This document shows positions 10,844 to 21,837 of a stretch of DNA of 64,000 bases, piece after piece. The stretch is taken from NCBI GenBank assembly GCA_965140445.1, contig OZ223236.1:3360001-3424000 (forward strand). Reading direction: 5' to 3'. A program made the translations under genes and the position numbers. Below the pieces are notes generated by a model. That model was given only the letters and a program-made list of their open reading frames with translations. It searched no databases and was not told the DNA's origin. This stretch comes from Candidatus Ozemobacteraceae bacterium. GTDB lineage: Bacteria > Muiribacteriota > Ozemobacteria > Ozemobacterales > Ozemobacteraceae. Numbering within the stretch: the stretch's first letter is position 1; every line of letters begins with the position of its first letter.

Positions 10844-11248
10844 TCACTCTGTTGGTAAATTCTCAAAATGAGTGACTTTTTCCAGTTCGGAATCCCAATT
10901 TGCTCTTTCGCTTAAAAAAATATGACCAGTAGGGATGATTTCTATATCGCTATCCAAACTTCCTGCGGGAACAACCAGCAGCTTTCCGTCCATTTGAATG
11001 TTAGGCAATGCTGAGCTACAGTTTGGACAAAAACTCTTTACATGACCTGAATTGTTATAGTCAAAAGTTTTTACTTCATTCTTTCCTTTTAACCATTGAA
11101 GCTTGGCCGTTGATGAAAATAGATTTGAAGCATGAGCAGAGCCAGTATCTTTTCGACAAAATTTGCAATGACAAAAGAAAAATTTTTCAAAATTTCCTGT
11201 GATTTCATACTTTATATTTCCACAAAGACAAGAGCCTGAATATTTCAT
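10844..11248 (-). CDS. GFA / CENP-V family Zn-binding protein
   Basis: GSCLCG, CHCKFCRK, FCPNC. Confidence 0.9.
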   Translation of the reverse strand: MKYSGSCLCGNIKYEITGNFEKFFFCHCKFCRKDTGSAHASNLFSSTAKLQWLKGKNEVKTFDYNNSGHVKSFCPNCSSALPNIQMDGKLLVVPAGSLDSDIEIIPTGHIFLSERANWDSELEKVTHFENLPTE

Positions 11249-11393
11249 TTTTCCTCCAAATAAAAGTGTTTAAGTCAATATAGGGAATACATTATAACAT
11301 GAATAAACATTAATCTGCTTTATGACAACGCTGTTTCAAATTTAATCTGCTAAGTTTCTACAAATAGTAGACATCGTAATTTCACCATGTTGA

Positions 11394-12470
11394 TTACTTA
11401 TAGATTAATTTGAATTTCTGAGTATTTCCTTCCAGGACGTCTGTTGAATCAGAAAATTGATTTAATGAGCCTATGTTTCTTTCAATGGATTTAACAATCG
11501 GATCTTTGATCTGTTTTTGGATTTCAGAAGCAACTAATCCTCCATTGATAACCAGGAAAGGCCTATCGTGGAAAAACTCAACTTTGGCTTTTAGAGGTTT
11601 AGTAATATTCAAAGAATTGTGAACTTTTACCAGATATTCATAGGCCTCGGAAAGATGTTTTTCCCTTGTTTTCCAGTCATTTGAGTTAATTACAGCATTT
11701 AGAACAGGTTTTAGTTTTTTTGATGATTTCAAATTATCAAAAGCTGTTCCAAACCATTTTATGTAGGGAGTATATTGTTTTTCCATCAGGAAACATAACT
11801 TCATGATGTCTTTGACTAATCTTGTAGCAATGATTTTTGAGCCAATCTCATCATTTAGTTCGCCACATCTCCCCATGAAATGCTCTTCCTGAGCAATTCT
11901 TGTCCATTGAGAAACAAGAAGATAATACCAAACATCCTTGGGATAATATTGAAACTTCTCGACTGTTTTCTTAAGACCTAATTCATCTGAAAAGATTTTT
12001 CCCGAAGTAATAGTCAATAATTTATGCTCTGGAAAAACAAGCCAATCATAGACAGAGATTTCTTTTTTTAAATCAAAATTCAGATATTTTTTGAAAAATG
12101 ATTCAATGGTGAACAGCACTATTCTGTGATTAATTTTACCGCTACTATTTTTTTCAGAAGTTTTACTGTCGTTTTCTTCAGGGGCTCCAAAGTGAGTAGA
12201 AAAACCTCTAAAAAGATAAGGCAATTCCCGGCTAAACATCTTGGAAATTTCCTTGCTTCTTTTGAAATCCTCTTTTGATAGAAACAACAACAGTCTCAGA
12301 CCCCAGTCATGATCCATAGAACGAGCAGTATCAAAATCAATCACGTCAGAACCAGGACCCAGTAATCCAACAGAATATTTAAGGTCGGGATAAAATTTCT
12401 TTAAAAGAGGTCCAACTAATTCTTTAAAGAATAGTTCACTTAGCTTTTTTCCTTTGATAAAACTGGTCAT
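11394..12470 (-). CDS. DUF4037 family nucleotidyltransferase-like protein
   Basis: GLLGPGSDVIDFD...SMDHDWG; PYIKWFG. Confidence 0.8.
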   Translation of the reverse strand: MTSFIKGKKLSELFFKELVGPLLKKFYPDLKYSVGLLGPGSDVIDFDTARSMDHDWGLRLLLFLSKEDFKRSKEISKMFSRELPYLFRGFSTHFGAPEENDSKTSEKNSSGKINHRIVLFTIESFFKKYLNFDLKKEISVYDWLVFPEHKLLTITSGKIFSDELGLKKTVEKFQYYPKDVWYYLLVSQWTRIAQEEHFMGRCGELNDEIGSKIIATRLVKDIMKLCFLMEKQYTPYIKWFGTAFDNLKSSKKLKPVLNAVINSNDWKTREKHLSEAYEYLVKVHNSLNITKPLKAKVEFFHDRPFLVINGGLVASEIQKQIKDPIVKSIERNIGSLNQFSDSTDVLEGNTQKFKLIYK

Positions 12471-12603
12471 CTCATTTTTATTCTTAGTGAGTCACTAATT
12501 TTTCCCTTTCAAATTTTATTCACCTGAAAACTATTTGGCTTAAAGTTAAGCGAATTTCCAAGGTGACAAATATTTTATCGAAACAACTGTTTGGGCGCAC
12601 AAA

Positions 12604-13146
12604 CTAAATCACTTCATATATTTTATCAATCATTGCCTCTACTGATAACGCACTGTCAATCTCAATTTCGTCGGATAACGTATAAATATTATACTTACTG
12701 TAGTGCTCAATCGCCTCATTTATGGATTTAAAAAATTGATTTGGCGCTTCAGGGGATCTTATTCTATGAGCAATACGTTTTTCCCAGAGGTCACCCTTAC
12801 TGCAGACGAACAGGAAAAATTTGACATTGCCCTTACCTAAATTCATTTTTGAAAGAAATTTAGAAAAGTAGGGTGTATGAGCTAATCCAATATCAACAAT
12901 CGCGTCAAAACCTTCATCATGGTGTCTTTGAATGGTTTCTGCAAGCTTATTATAGGTTAAGGAATTTGCTGAATCCCACTCAATCCCTTGGTTCAGTAAT
13001 TCATCAAAGACTTCATCCTTACTTATTGTTATAAAGCCTTTCTGGTCTTTAATGATTTGGGCTACCTTAGTTTTTCCTGTAGCTGCTTTGCCTCTAAAGA
13101 AATAGATCACCAATTTTTCCTTGTATACCGGAATATCTTCCCTCAC
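12604..13146 (-). CDS. P-loop kinase (AAA_33-like)
   Basis: Walker A GKAATGKT. Confidence 0.7.
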   Translation of the reverse strand: MREDIPVYKEKLVIYFFRGKAATGKTKVAQIIKDQKGFITISKDEVFDELLNQGIEWDSANSLTYNKLAETIQRHHDEGFDAIVDIGLAHTPYFSKFLSKMNLGKGNVKFFLFVCSKGDLWEKRIAHRIRSPEAPNQFFKSINEAIEHYSKYNIYTLSDEIEIDSALSVEAMIDKIYEVI

Positions 13147-13291
13147 TGTTATTGCAAAATGGTTTGTTGCAAGACAAAAGGAACGGAATTCCAGGCAATA
13201 TTTCCACGCATCGTTAATATTTTGCCAAAAACAAGTAAATTATGCCAACTAGTTGGTAAAACAATGGATTAAATACGATCCTGGCTGCCTT

Positions 13292-14080
13292 TTATTCTGT
13301 CCAAAGTTCGCCAATGGAATATGTTTTTGCTTGTCCGCTAATAATAACTCTTTCTCCGTTATCTTCACAAAACAGTTTTCCTACTCGTTCAGAAATTTGA
13401 AGTGCAAAAAGTTCATTTTTGTTAAGTCTTTTTGCCCAAAAAGGGATAAGAGAGCAATGAGCAGAGCCTGTTACGGGATCTTCGAGAATGGAAGCCTGAG
13501 GTGTGAAAAACCTTGAAACAAAATCACATTCGTCCCCAATAGAGGTTACAATTACGCCGCCTGGATCAAGGTTTATTTTGTCAAACAATTGTCTGTCTAT
13601 TTCTATGTTTCTAACATCAGTTTCATTGTCATAAACTAAAACATAGTCTCTGGACTTAAAAACTTCCCTGGGTTTGATGCTTAAGGATTTTTCAATGGTT
13701 TCTGGTAAGTTAGCAATAACTGGTGGCCTTGAAGGGAAATCCATTTTGTAGAGTTCTTTGGCAACCAAAACGGTTAGATCGCCACTTAAAGTTTCAAAAA
13801 CAAATTTTTCGTTTTCGTAGCCAAGAATTGTCTTTAAGCAATGAGCTGTTGCAAGAGTTGCATGCCCGCACAAATCCATTTCAATTTCCGGGGTAAACCA
13901 ACGTAAATGAATTTTTTGGTCATTTGTCACAAAAAAAGCTGTTTCAGCAACAGCGTTTTCTTTTGCTATCTTCAATAAAATTTCATCTGCCGGCCATTTC
14001 TCCAGAGGCACTACACAAGCTGGATTTCCGCCAAATATTTTATCCGTAAACGCGTCTATTTGATAAAGACTAAGCTTCAT
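13292..14080 (-). CDS. PhzF family isomerase/epimerase
   Basis: DAFT..GGNPA, ETAF, LCGHAT, EDPVTGSA. Start at ATG 14080. Confidence 0.9.
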   Translation of the reverse strand: MKLSLYQIDAFTDKIFGGNPACVVPLEKWPADEILLKIAKENAVAETAFFVTNDQKIHLRWFTPEIEMDLCGHATLATAHCLKTILGYENEKFVFETLSGDLTVLVAKELYKMDFPSRPPVIANLPETIEKSLSIKPREVFKSRDYVLVYDNETDVRNIEIDRQLFDKINLDPGGVIVTSIGDECDFVSRFFTPQASILEDPVTGSAHCSLIPFWAKRLNKNELFALQISERVGKLFCEDNGERVIISGQAKTYSIGELWTE

Positions 14081-14426
14081 AGTGCTCTCCTGAAAATTTG
14101 TGATGTGCATGGGTTTATATACCATTTTTATCCTATATAGAGTTTGTTAGCGATAATTTATTTCTATTAATTTTAATCATGTTATCTTTACAGGTTCTAC
14201 TCCCAATAACAGCTCTGGAGTTCTTCAATTAGTGAGTTTTCCTTGGTAAAATTCTCCAAAATCGGCATTTATTTATGTTTGTAAAATTCTGGTAGTTCCT
14301 ACCGTTTAAAGCGTTTCTTCTTTCTATAAAGCTATATTTTAAAACCCATTTTTTCCTATTCGAAACTTTGCATTGAAGCCAAGTTTCAGTTATCTTCAAA
14401 TTACAAAAAACTATTGGGCGTATACA

Positions 14427-15332
14427 GTGAAACAATTTATTAGTGAACACAAACTGATTTTAATGGAAGCAGCAGTAATCGAACAATTGCGCAGAGACAG
14501 CAAGGTTAAACTTCATCCCAGACTTTTAAATGCCCCTTTAATATATGACAATCAAGGAAGGCTGGCTTTAAAAGAACTTTACAAACAATTCATTGATGTG
14601 GCTCAAACTGCTAATGTGCCTTTGTTGTTATGCACACCAACCTGGAGAGCTTCTAATGATAGAGTTATAGAGGCAGACATCCCGAAAACTATTAATATTG
14701 ATGCCGCGAAGTTTCTAAAGGAAATCAAAGCTACCGGTTCTTCAAAGAATCAAATTCCCATAAAAATAGGGGGATTGATTGGCTGCAAAAACGATTGTTA
14801 TAAACCTGAAGAGGGGCTTTCTACAAAAGAGGCCCGGGAATTCCATTCCTGGCAGATTGAACAACTTGTTTCTGGAGAAGTAGATTTCCTACTTGCTGCA
14901 ACTCTCCCAAATGTGCAAGAAGCAATTGGCATGGCACAAGCGATGGAGGAGTCAGGGGCACCATATATCATTAGCTTTGTAATTTCCAGAGATGGCGCGC
15001 TTCTTGACGGAACAAAACTTCTGGAAGCCGTAAATTTAGTTGATTCAAGCACCAAAAGAAAACCGCTTGGATATATGATTAATTGTGCCTATCCTTCTTT
15101 CCTTTGTCCGGGAAAACAACCTCGGGAGCTGTTCAGCCGGCTGATTGGTTACCAGGCGAACGCATCTTCCCTGGATCATTGTGATCTGGAAAACGCTGAT
15201 GAACTTAAGGCAGAAAGCATCTTAGAATGGTCTCACTTAATGAAAGAACTGAATGAGACCTATAAAATTAAGATTCTGGGAGGATGCTGTGGAACAAATA
15301 GTGCACACCTTAAGCAAATTGTTTCCCCCTGA
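14427..15332 (+). CDS. Homocysteine S-methyltransferase family protein
   Basis: Zn-ligand motifs INCAYP and GGCCGT. Start uncertain (GTG 14427). Confidence 0.85.
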   Translation: MKQFISEHKLILMEAAVIEQLRRDSKVKLHPRLLNAPLIYDNQGRLALKELYKQFIDVAQTANVPLLLCTPTWRASNDRVIEADIPKTINIDAAKFLKEIKATGSSKNQIPIKIGGLIGCKNDCYKPEEGLSTKEAREFHSWQIEQLVSGEVDFLLAATLPNVQEAIGMAQAMEESGAPYIISFVISRDGALLDGTKLLEAVNLVDSSTKRKPLGYMINCAYPSFLCPGKQPRELFSRLIGYQANASSLDHCDLENADELKAESILEWSHLMKELNETYKIKILGGCCGTNSAHLKQIVSP

Positions 15333-15395
15333 CTCGCCAAATTCGGCTATTTATCTATTTGATTGAATGCTTTCAATTGTAGTAAAAGAGGTTTT

Positions 15396-15902
15396 ATGAA
15401 TAACATGGTAATTCGTCCCTTTGTCGATAGTGACCTGAGTGAAATTTTGTCTCTCAATGCCAAATCTGTTCATTTTCTGAGCCCCATGGATGCTGATCGC
15501 TTTGCATTACTAAAATCTCAAGCAAGTCTGATCTGGATCGGGGAAAAAGAAAACGAAATAGTAGCCTTTTTTATTGGCTTTGAAGCCGATTCAAGTTATG
15601 ACAGCACCAATTTCAAATGGTTTGATGCCAGGTTTAAGAAATTTCTTTATATTGATCGAATTGTGGTGAGCGAAAAAGCTCGCTCAACAGGAATTGGCAA
15701 AAGCTTTTACCAGAAGATTGAAAATTACGCTCAAAACCGCGGATTGCATTGGCTTTTAGCGGAAGTAGATGTTAATCCTCCTAATTCTGGTTCGCTTAAG
15801 TTTCATGACAAGCAAGGTTTTATAGAAGTAGGTCAGCAAAAACCTGGGTTAGGTGATAAAGTTGTTTCTCTCAGAGCAAAGGGACTAATACAAAACTTCT
15901 AA
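15396..15902 (+). CDS. GNAT acetyltransferase
   Basis: YIDRIVV...ARSTGIG, PPNSGSLKFH...GF. Confidence 0.85.
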   Translation: MNNMVIRPFVDSDLSEILSLNAKSVHFLSPMDADRFALLKSQASLIWIGEKENEIVAFFIGFEADSSYDSTNFKWFDARFKKFLYIDRIVVSEKARSTGIGKSFYQKIENYAQNRGLHWLLAEVDVNPPNSGSLKFHDKQGFIEVGQQKPGLGDKVVSLRAKGLIQNF

Positions 15903-15974
15903 CTCAAGCCTGTCTGAAATTAATCGAAATCAAAAATTACCTAAATTTTTTCAGTTCTATAAGGAATTCCCATT

Positions 15975-16514
15975 GTGATAACTCTTGAAACCAAACGGCT
16001 TTTTATTAGGGACCACATAAGATCTGATTTTGCTGACTATCATAGGTGGGTTTCAGATCCTGATTTGATGAAATTTGTTATCTGGAAATCAAGCTCAATA
16101 GATGAATCGCGTGAGCTTTTTGATGATTGTCTTAGTGAAAACGAAAAAGCGGATCGGAAAAAGTATTTTTTCGCCATTGTTGAAAAGGAGAGCTCTAAAA
16201 TAGTAGGAGATATTGGCTTTACTGTTTTAACAGAGCATACATCCAATGGAGTAGCCGAAGCTGGTTATTTTCTGCTAAAAGAATACTGGGGTAGGGGGTT
16301 TGCTTCTGAAGGGCTTGTAAGACTATTTGAGTTTGGCTTTAATGAACTTAACCTGGAAAAGATTATAGCAGGCTGTGCACGTGAAAATGTTGCCTCTGAA
16401 AAAGTTATGATTCGCTGTGGAATGCAAAAAGACGACAATTTTGCTGATTTTAACGATAAAAATATGGCTGGCCCCAATCGTCTTAAATACCAGATATGCC
16501 GGAAAAAGGCTTAA
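15975..16514 (+). CDS. GNAT acetyltransferase (RimJ/RimL-like)
   Basis: LETKRL, EAGY...YWGRGFASE, ENVASEKVM. Confidence 0.85.
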   Translation: MITLETKRLFIRDHIRSDFADYHRWVSDPDLMKFVIWKSSSIDESRELFDDCLSENEKADRKKYFFAIVEKESSKIVGDIGFTVLTEHTSNGVAEAGYFLLKEYWGRGFASEGLVRLFEFGFNELNLEKIIAGCARENVASEKVMIRCGMQKDDNFADFNDKNMAGPNRLKYQICRKKA

Positions 16515-17887
16515 TGATCTTGTTTCTGAAAAATTCTTTTTACAAGGTTTGAGATCTGATTGAAAAAAAATCGATAGAAAAATGCTTTTTTCCAATGGAA
16601 TCTTATAGTTCTGAAATTCCCAATCAAATTTAGCTTTTTCAAATACCGAATAGTCACCTCAAAATCAGTGGCTTCGTTAAAATACCAGTGTTTTTGCGGA
16701 TCATAAAAACCAAGCTCGGAAAATCTTATCTTTTCTGGAAAAATCTTCCTGGATCTTACTAAATCATTCCAGAAAGGCGTTCCCGGTAATGGCTTCAACA
16801 AAAAAACCGTTAAATGGTTAATTCTATTTCTTTTTATAAACTTTAGAGTCTTTTTTAGATCATTCTCTGTTTCACCTGGTGTTCCTAGAACAAAGGACCC
16901 ATAAACCATGATGTCATTTTTAATCAGTAAATCTATAGCCCTCTTGTGGTCCTTTATTGAAATTTGCCCACATTTCAATTTTGATAAAATCTTTTCAGAT
17001 CCGCTTTCAAAACCGAAACTAATAGATTCTGTACGCAACTCTTTTAAAAGCGCGATGGTCTCTTCATCTATGAGTTTTGAACTTGCGTCACAAGAGGTTG
17101 AAAATTTATCTAACACAGCATTTTCTTTTAAGATCCTTACCAATTCATAAACTCGTTTTTTACTAACCAGAAAGTTGTCATCTACAAATTTAAAATGAAC
17201 AATTCCATAAGATTGATACAGCTCAATCATTTCTTTGGCAATGTCTTTTGCACTTCGCAATTTTAAATTAGGGTTAATTGCCTTAGCAGCACAAAAATAG
17301 CAGTTGTGTGGACAACCAACTGAGCTGATAATCCTACATCTATGAGGATTAGGTTCAAGAAAATATTTATAGGGTGAAACTATGGAATCATTTGAACCTT
17401 TTGAGCAGAGTCTCGGGTTGATAACAAGCTTTCCATCATTCAAATAAATAGCACCAGGAATGGTTTTTAAGAACTCTGGCTCCAATCTTTCTTCGTGAAC
17501 CGGGAAGCTTAAAAAAAGAGCTTCAAGAAGTGGCTCGCCCTTCCCAACACAACCAAGATCAAATTCTTCTGTAAGGCTTTCAGGCATGCATGAAATATGA
17601 GGCCCGCCGACCGCCATAATCTGAACTTTTTTTCTCAGGCCCTTAGCAACTTTTATTGCTTCTTCCCAGGCTTGAGTAGGGGAATAAATTCCACAAAAAT
17701 CATACTTTTGAGATTTTGAAACCCTGTCCCAGTTATAAGAATCTCCAAAGGTAAAATTGAATTCAAATTCGGGAAACCTTTCTTTCAAAAATCCCGCTAA
17801 AACATATAGAGAAAGTGATTCCTCACCCGAAAACCATACTGATTCAGAATATTTTGCTTCAATAAGTAATATTTCAAATTTTCTCAA
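16511..17887 (-). CDS. B12-binding domain radical SAM protein
   Basis: VGGPH, CPHNCYFC (CxxxCxxC), GFESGS, PLPGT. Confidence 0.9.
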   Translation of the reverse strand: MRKFEILLIEAKYSESVWFSGEESLSLYVLAGFLKERFPEFEFNFTFGDSYNWDRVSKSQKYDFCGIYSPTQAWEEAIKVAKGLRKKVQIMAVGGPHISCMPESLTEEFDLGCVGKGEPLLEALFLSFPVHEERLEPEFLKTIPGAIYLNDGKLVINPRLCSKGSNDSIVSPYKYFLEPNPHRCRIISSVGCPHNCYFCAAKAINPNLKLRSAKDIAKEMIELYQSYGIVHFKFVDDNFLVSKKRVYELVRILKENAVLDKFSTSCDASSKLIDEETIALLKELRTESISFGFESGSEKILSKLKCGQISIKDHKRAIDLLIKNDIMVYGSFVLGTPGETENDLKKTLKFIKRNRINHLTVFLLKPLPGTPFWNDLVRSRKIFPEKIRFSELGFYDPQKHWYFNEATDFEVTIRYLKKLNLIGNFRTIRFHWKKAFFYRFFFNQISNLVKRIFQKQDH

Positions 17888-18170
17888 AGTTTATCCCAAA
17901 ACAACTCAAATTTTATCTTGCTGGTTAGGCGAAAAATTCTAAAAAAACTCCAGTTAATGTATTGCTGAAGGCGATAATTAAAGTCCGACAATTTAACGTA
18001 AGTTTTTTAATAATAACCGGCCCTATTTGCTAAGATTACCTTCATTTTCATTTTTAGTCACCATTGTATTTAAACTTAAACTCATATATCATTTTTTTGT
18101 AATACAAAATTAAACAAAATAATAGAGGAACTGTATTACGATTTAAAAGGAACTTTGGAGGAAATTTTAT

Positions 18171-19619
18171 ATGAGTGAAAAGAAAACTTTGACCACTGCT
18201 GCTGGTATTCCAGTGTCTGATAATCAGACCTCTTTAACTTCTGGTGAAAGGGGACCAACCCTTCTTCAAGACCACTATTTGCTTGAAAAACTGGCACATT
18301 TTAATCGAGAAAGAATTCCAGAGCGTGTGGTGCACGCCAAAGCAGCAGGAGCACATGGAACATTTACCGTAACGCACGATATTACCAAATATACAAAAGC
18401 TAAAATTTTCTCTGAAATTGGCAAGAAAACTGAAATGTTTGGACGTTTTTCAACTGTTGCCGGAGAAAAGGGCTCTGCTGATACAGTAAGAGATGTTCGC
18501 GGATTTGCCTTAAAATTCTACACTGAAGAAGGCAATTGGGATCTTGTTGGAAACAATACCCCGACCTTTTTCATTCGTGATGCTATTAAGTTTCCAGATT
18601 TTATTCATACCCAAAAAAGAGATCCTCAAACAAACGCCAAACGTGACTTTGCCCAATGGGATTTCTGGTCACAAGTTCCAGAAGCTCTCCACCAGGTTAC
18701 CATTCTGTTTTCGGATCGCGGTATTCCAATGGGCATACCTTATATGAATGGCTATGGAAGCCATACATATAGTTTTATAAATGCGAAAAACGAAAGATTC
18801 TGGGTAAAATTTCATTTTAAGACCATGCAGGGAATTCAATGCATGAAACCAGAAGAAGCTGATAAGCTTGCTGCTTCAAACCCGGATTACCATACTGTGG
18901 AATTGTTTAACGCTATAGATCGTGCTGAATATCCAAGATGGAAATTATACGTTCAAGTTATGCCAGAAATGGAAGCCGAGACTTACAGATTTAACCCTTT
19001 TGATCTTACAAAAGTATGGCCACATGGCGATTATCCTTTAATTGAAGTTGGAATTATGGAACTTAACAGAAATCCTGCCAACTACTTTGCAGAAGTTGAA
19101 CAATCCGCATTTTCACCCGGTAACATAGTTCCTGGAATTTCATTTTCACCAGACAAAATGCTTCAAGCCCGCATTTTTTCTTATGCAGATGCCTCTCGTT
19201 ATCGTTTAGGCGCTAACTTTGAAAGGCTGCCAATCAACTGTCCACACGCAACAAAAGTTCAAAATACCTATCAACGTGATGGCGCGATGCGTTTTGATGA
19301 AAATGGCGGTGGGGACCCTAACTATGAACCAAACACCATGGGAGGCCCAGTTGCCGACCCATCCTTTGCTGAACCTCCACTGAAAATTTCTGGAAATGCT
19401 GACAGATATGAGCAAAAACGCGGCGTAGATCAGGATTATGTTCAACCTGGAAATCTTTATCGGCTTATGACTCCTGAGCAACAAAAAGCTTTGGCTGAAA
19501 ACATTGCTGGAAGCCTTGGAAAAGTCCCGGTTGAATTACAAAAGAAAATGGTCGCCCATTTTGCAAAGGCAGATCCAGCTTATGGAGAAGGTGTTGCAAA
19601 AGCTCTTGGATTAAAATGA
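18171..19619 (+). CDS. katA: Small-subunit monofunctional heme catalase
   Basis: [27 protein letters not shown]. Confidence 0.95.
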   Translation: MSEKKTLTTAAGIPVSDNQTSLTSGERGPTLLQDHYLLEKLAHFNRERIPERVVHAKAAGAHGTFTVTHDITKYTKAKIFSEIGKKTEMFGRFSTVAGEKGSADTVRDVRGFALKFYTEEGNWDLVGNNTPTFFIRDAIKFPDFIHTQKRDPQTNAKRDFAQWDFWSQVPEALHQVTILFSDRGIPMGIPYMNGYGSHTYSFINAKNERFWVKFHFKTMQGIQCMKPEEADKLAASNPDYHTVELFNAIDRAEYPRWKLYVQVMPEMEAETYRFNPFDLTKVWPHGDYPLIEVGIMELNRNPANYFAEVEQSAFSPGNIVPGISFSPDKMLQARIFSYADASRYRLGANFERLPINCPHATKVQNTYQRDGAMRFDENGGGDPNYEPNTMGGPVADPSFAEPPLKISGNADRYEQKRGVDQDYVQPGNLYRLMTPEQQKALAENIAGSLGKVPVELQKKMVAHFAKADPAYGEGVAKALGLK

Positions 19620-19634
19620 TTATTTTTTAAAACT

Positions 19635-19669
19635 AAGTCGGCAAGGTTTTATAACTTTGCCGACTTTTT
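19635..19669 (+). terminator. Intrinsic terminator after catalase
   Basis: AAGTCGGCAA/TTGCCGACTT stem plus T run. Confidence 0.75.
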
Positions 19670-19681
19670 CTGGAGAAAAAA

Positions 19682-20224
19682 TTGAAAAAGAAACTTCTTA
19701 CTAGCGCTATTTTCCTTATTCTTACAGCTTTGGTTCCGGTATTTCTTTGGGCAAACACTCCCAAATTAGCAGGTGCTTTTTTGAAAATAGAAGGTTTGCA
19801 GGTTCAATTTTACAAAATCAAAATAGAGCACAAAGATGGTGGCGGCTCAGATTATGAGTTTCAAACTTCCCTGGAAAATGGAAAAATCTATCTTCACCCT
19901 TTGCCAGACCATGTAAAAGCAAATATATCTGTGATACCAGTCACCACTGATTTTGTTCCCCAATCCCCATATATGATTACCAATCAGGAGCTAGTTGCGA
20001 AATGGTATAGCTCTGTTGAAGAAGGTTGTTTTGCATCCCACAATTTTAATTATATTTCTGCTGACGGCCGTCCAATTTCAGAGCTGGCTTCAAGTAGCGA
20101 TTTGGTTCACCCTTCAGAAGAAATCCCTTTACCCAAAGATGACCATAACTTTTTAGATATAAAAAGCATTTCCGGTGATGAACTGGAAAAAGAAATTGGA
20201 AAAGGTTTTCCAGTAAAAAGATAA
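19682..20224 (+). CDS. Hypothetical exported protein
   Basis: Signal-peptide-like N-terminus; GGAG RBS. Confidence 0.6.
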   Translation: MKKKLLTSAIFLILTALVPVFLWANTPKLAGAFLKIEGLQVQFYKIKIEHKDGGGSDYEFQTSLENGKIYLHPLPDHVKANISVIPVTTDFVPQSPYMITNQELVAKWYSSVEEGCFASHNFNYISADGRPISELASSSDLVHPSEEIPLPKDDHNFLDIKSISGDELEKEIGKGFPVKR

Positions 20225-20256
20225 CTTTCATTAGATAAATAAGTTTAAGGAGTCTT

Positions 20257-20658
20257 TTGAAAAAGCTACCAACAATACTATTCATACTTACTGTTCTTTT
20301 CGTTTTGTTAAATATGGCGGCTGGATACAAATCTGCCGCTATAAGAGCAAAACGGAAAGCCTGTTTTGAAAACCTTTCTAAGTTGCAAAGCATGTATGAC
20401 ATGGGTGTTCTGGATAGCTTCAAAAAATTGGAAAAAAATCAAAAGATTCCAATTGATCTATTGATAGAAAAAAAACTTGTATCCCCAAAAATCCTTTGTC
20501 CTTTTGAGGGAAATTTTATCGCAACATATTCAGAAGGAATGTTTCATGTGTCCTGCTCTTTTCACGGTGCATCAACCGATGATAAGCAAGGCAATTTAGA
20601 CCCTGGCTATAGCATATTTTATTGGCTCTATATTTGGATAAAAGGAATCTTTAAATAG
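20257..20658 (+). CDS. Hypothetical pilin/pseudopilin-like membrane protein
   Basis: N-terminal TM, KACFENL helix, CP..G and CSFHG cysteine motifs. Confidence 0.55.
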   Translation: MKKLPTILFILTVLFVLLNMAAGYKSAAIRAKRKACFENLSKLQSMYDMGVLDSFKKLEKNQKIPIDLLIEKKLVSPKILCPFEGNFIATYSEGMFHVSCSFHGASTDDKQGNLDPGYSIFYWLYIWIKGIFK

Positions 20659-20711
20659 CCATTCACTATTTAAGCAGCTTCCAAAAATTAAAATCCTGAA
20701 AATTGAGCTTC

Positions 20712-21632
20712 TTATGGAAACATAAAAAAAACAAGGGCCAGTGAAGCTACAATTATCCACAGAGTTATTCCAAGGGCAAAGCTTTTTACACCGGCTTCCT
20801 TTGCACTTGAAATAGACATATTTGAACCAATTAGAAACAAAGCAGCTACCATTCCCTTTTTACCAAACCAACTTAACCATTTGTAGGAAATCTCAAATTG
20901 CGGCAAAAAATGCGCAAATACTATGGCAAGAACAAAAAGTCCTATAAACCACGGCGGTTTAATTTTGCCATTTCCTTTTTCTTTAACAAAGAAAGAAATT
21001 GCCAATGAGAGTGGAATTATCCACAGAGCTCTGGTCAACTTAATTATAGTGGCTAATTCAAGCGCTTTAACTCCATAGCTGGCACCTGCACCAACAACAG
21101 AACTGGTATCATGTATTGCAATCGCTGCCCAATATCCAAATACTTCCTGACTTAAATTTAAATAGTGGCCAATCATTGGAAAAATAAACAACGCTATTGC
21201 ATTTAAAAAGAAAACGACAACAAGGGAAAACGAAATCTGATTATCTTCAGCATCCAAAACCGGTCCGACTGCGGCTATAGCACTTCCCCCACAAATTGCG
21301 GTTCCTGAAGAAATTAAAATAGCAGTATTCTTTTCAACTTTAAAAATTTTCCCAAGAATAAGCCCGGCAGCCATTGTAAAAAAAACGGAACCTGCCGTTA
21401 TGGCAAAACCTGTTTTAGAAGCATTTATGACCTGATCCAGATTCATTCCAAAACCCATTAAAACGATTGAAGCCTGTAAGGCCAAGGATTTAAAAGAGCT
21501 GATTTTAGGATTTTTTATTCCGGCAGCAGCAAAACACAAGCCTATTATTAAGGCAATTGCGGGGGAAAAAAATGGAGTTAAACAAAGGCATAAAACTACA
21601 AAATAAGCCAGATTTAATAGATTATTCTTCAA
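20712..21632 (-). CDS. YeiH/UPF0324 membrane transporter
   Basis: GTAICGGSAIAA, AIHDTSSVVGA, KLTRALWI. Confidence 0.9.
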   Translation of the reverse strand: MKNNLLNLAYFVVLCLCLTPFFSPAIALIIGLCFAAAGIKNPKISSFKSLALQASIVLMGFGMNLDQVINASKTGFAITAGSVFFTMAAGLILGKIFKVEKNTAILISSGTAICGGSAIAAVGPVLDAEDNQISFSLVVVFFLNAIALFIFPMIGHYLNLSQEVFGYWAAIAIHDTSSVVGAGASYGVKALELATIIKLTRALWIIPLSLAISFFVKEKGNGKIKPPWFIGLFVLAIVFAHFLPQFEISYKWLSWFGKKGMVAALFLIGSNMSISSAKEAGVKSFALGITLWIIVASLALVFFMFP

Positions 21633-21837
21633 AACAAATTTCCTATAACTTATGCGGTGATTGAAATTAGAATTATCATCCTCAATGAATTTTTTGTAAA
21701 GATTAATGTGTTATTAAATCAAATTTGGTAAAAACTCAGAAAAAAATTAATCGGGGGCTGTGTCTGAAAGTAAATTTGTGGTATCTTGGCAGGGCTTTAC
21801 AGGCAAATTTATTTGTAAAAGGAACCTGGCAAAAGAA

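Noticed and set aside
10844..16514. Cassette-like genes (GFA, PhzF, GNATs) as a second integron array
   Set aside because: Mixed orientation and no paired RYYYAAC/GTTRRRY stems found in the spacers
17981..18008. dif-like AAGTCCGACAA upstream of catalase
   Set aside because: No TTATGT XerD arm follows
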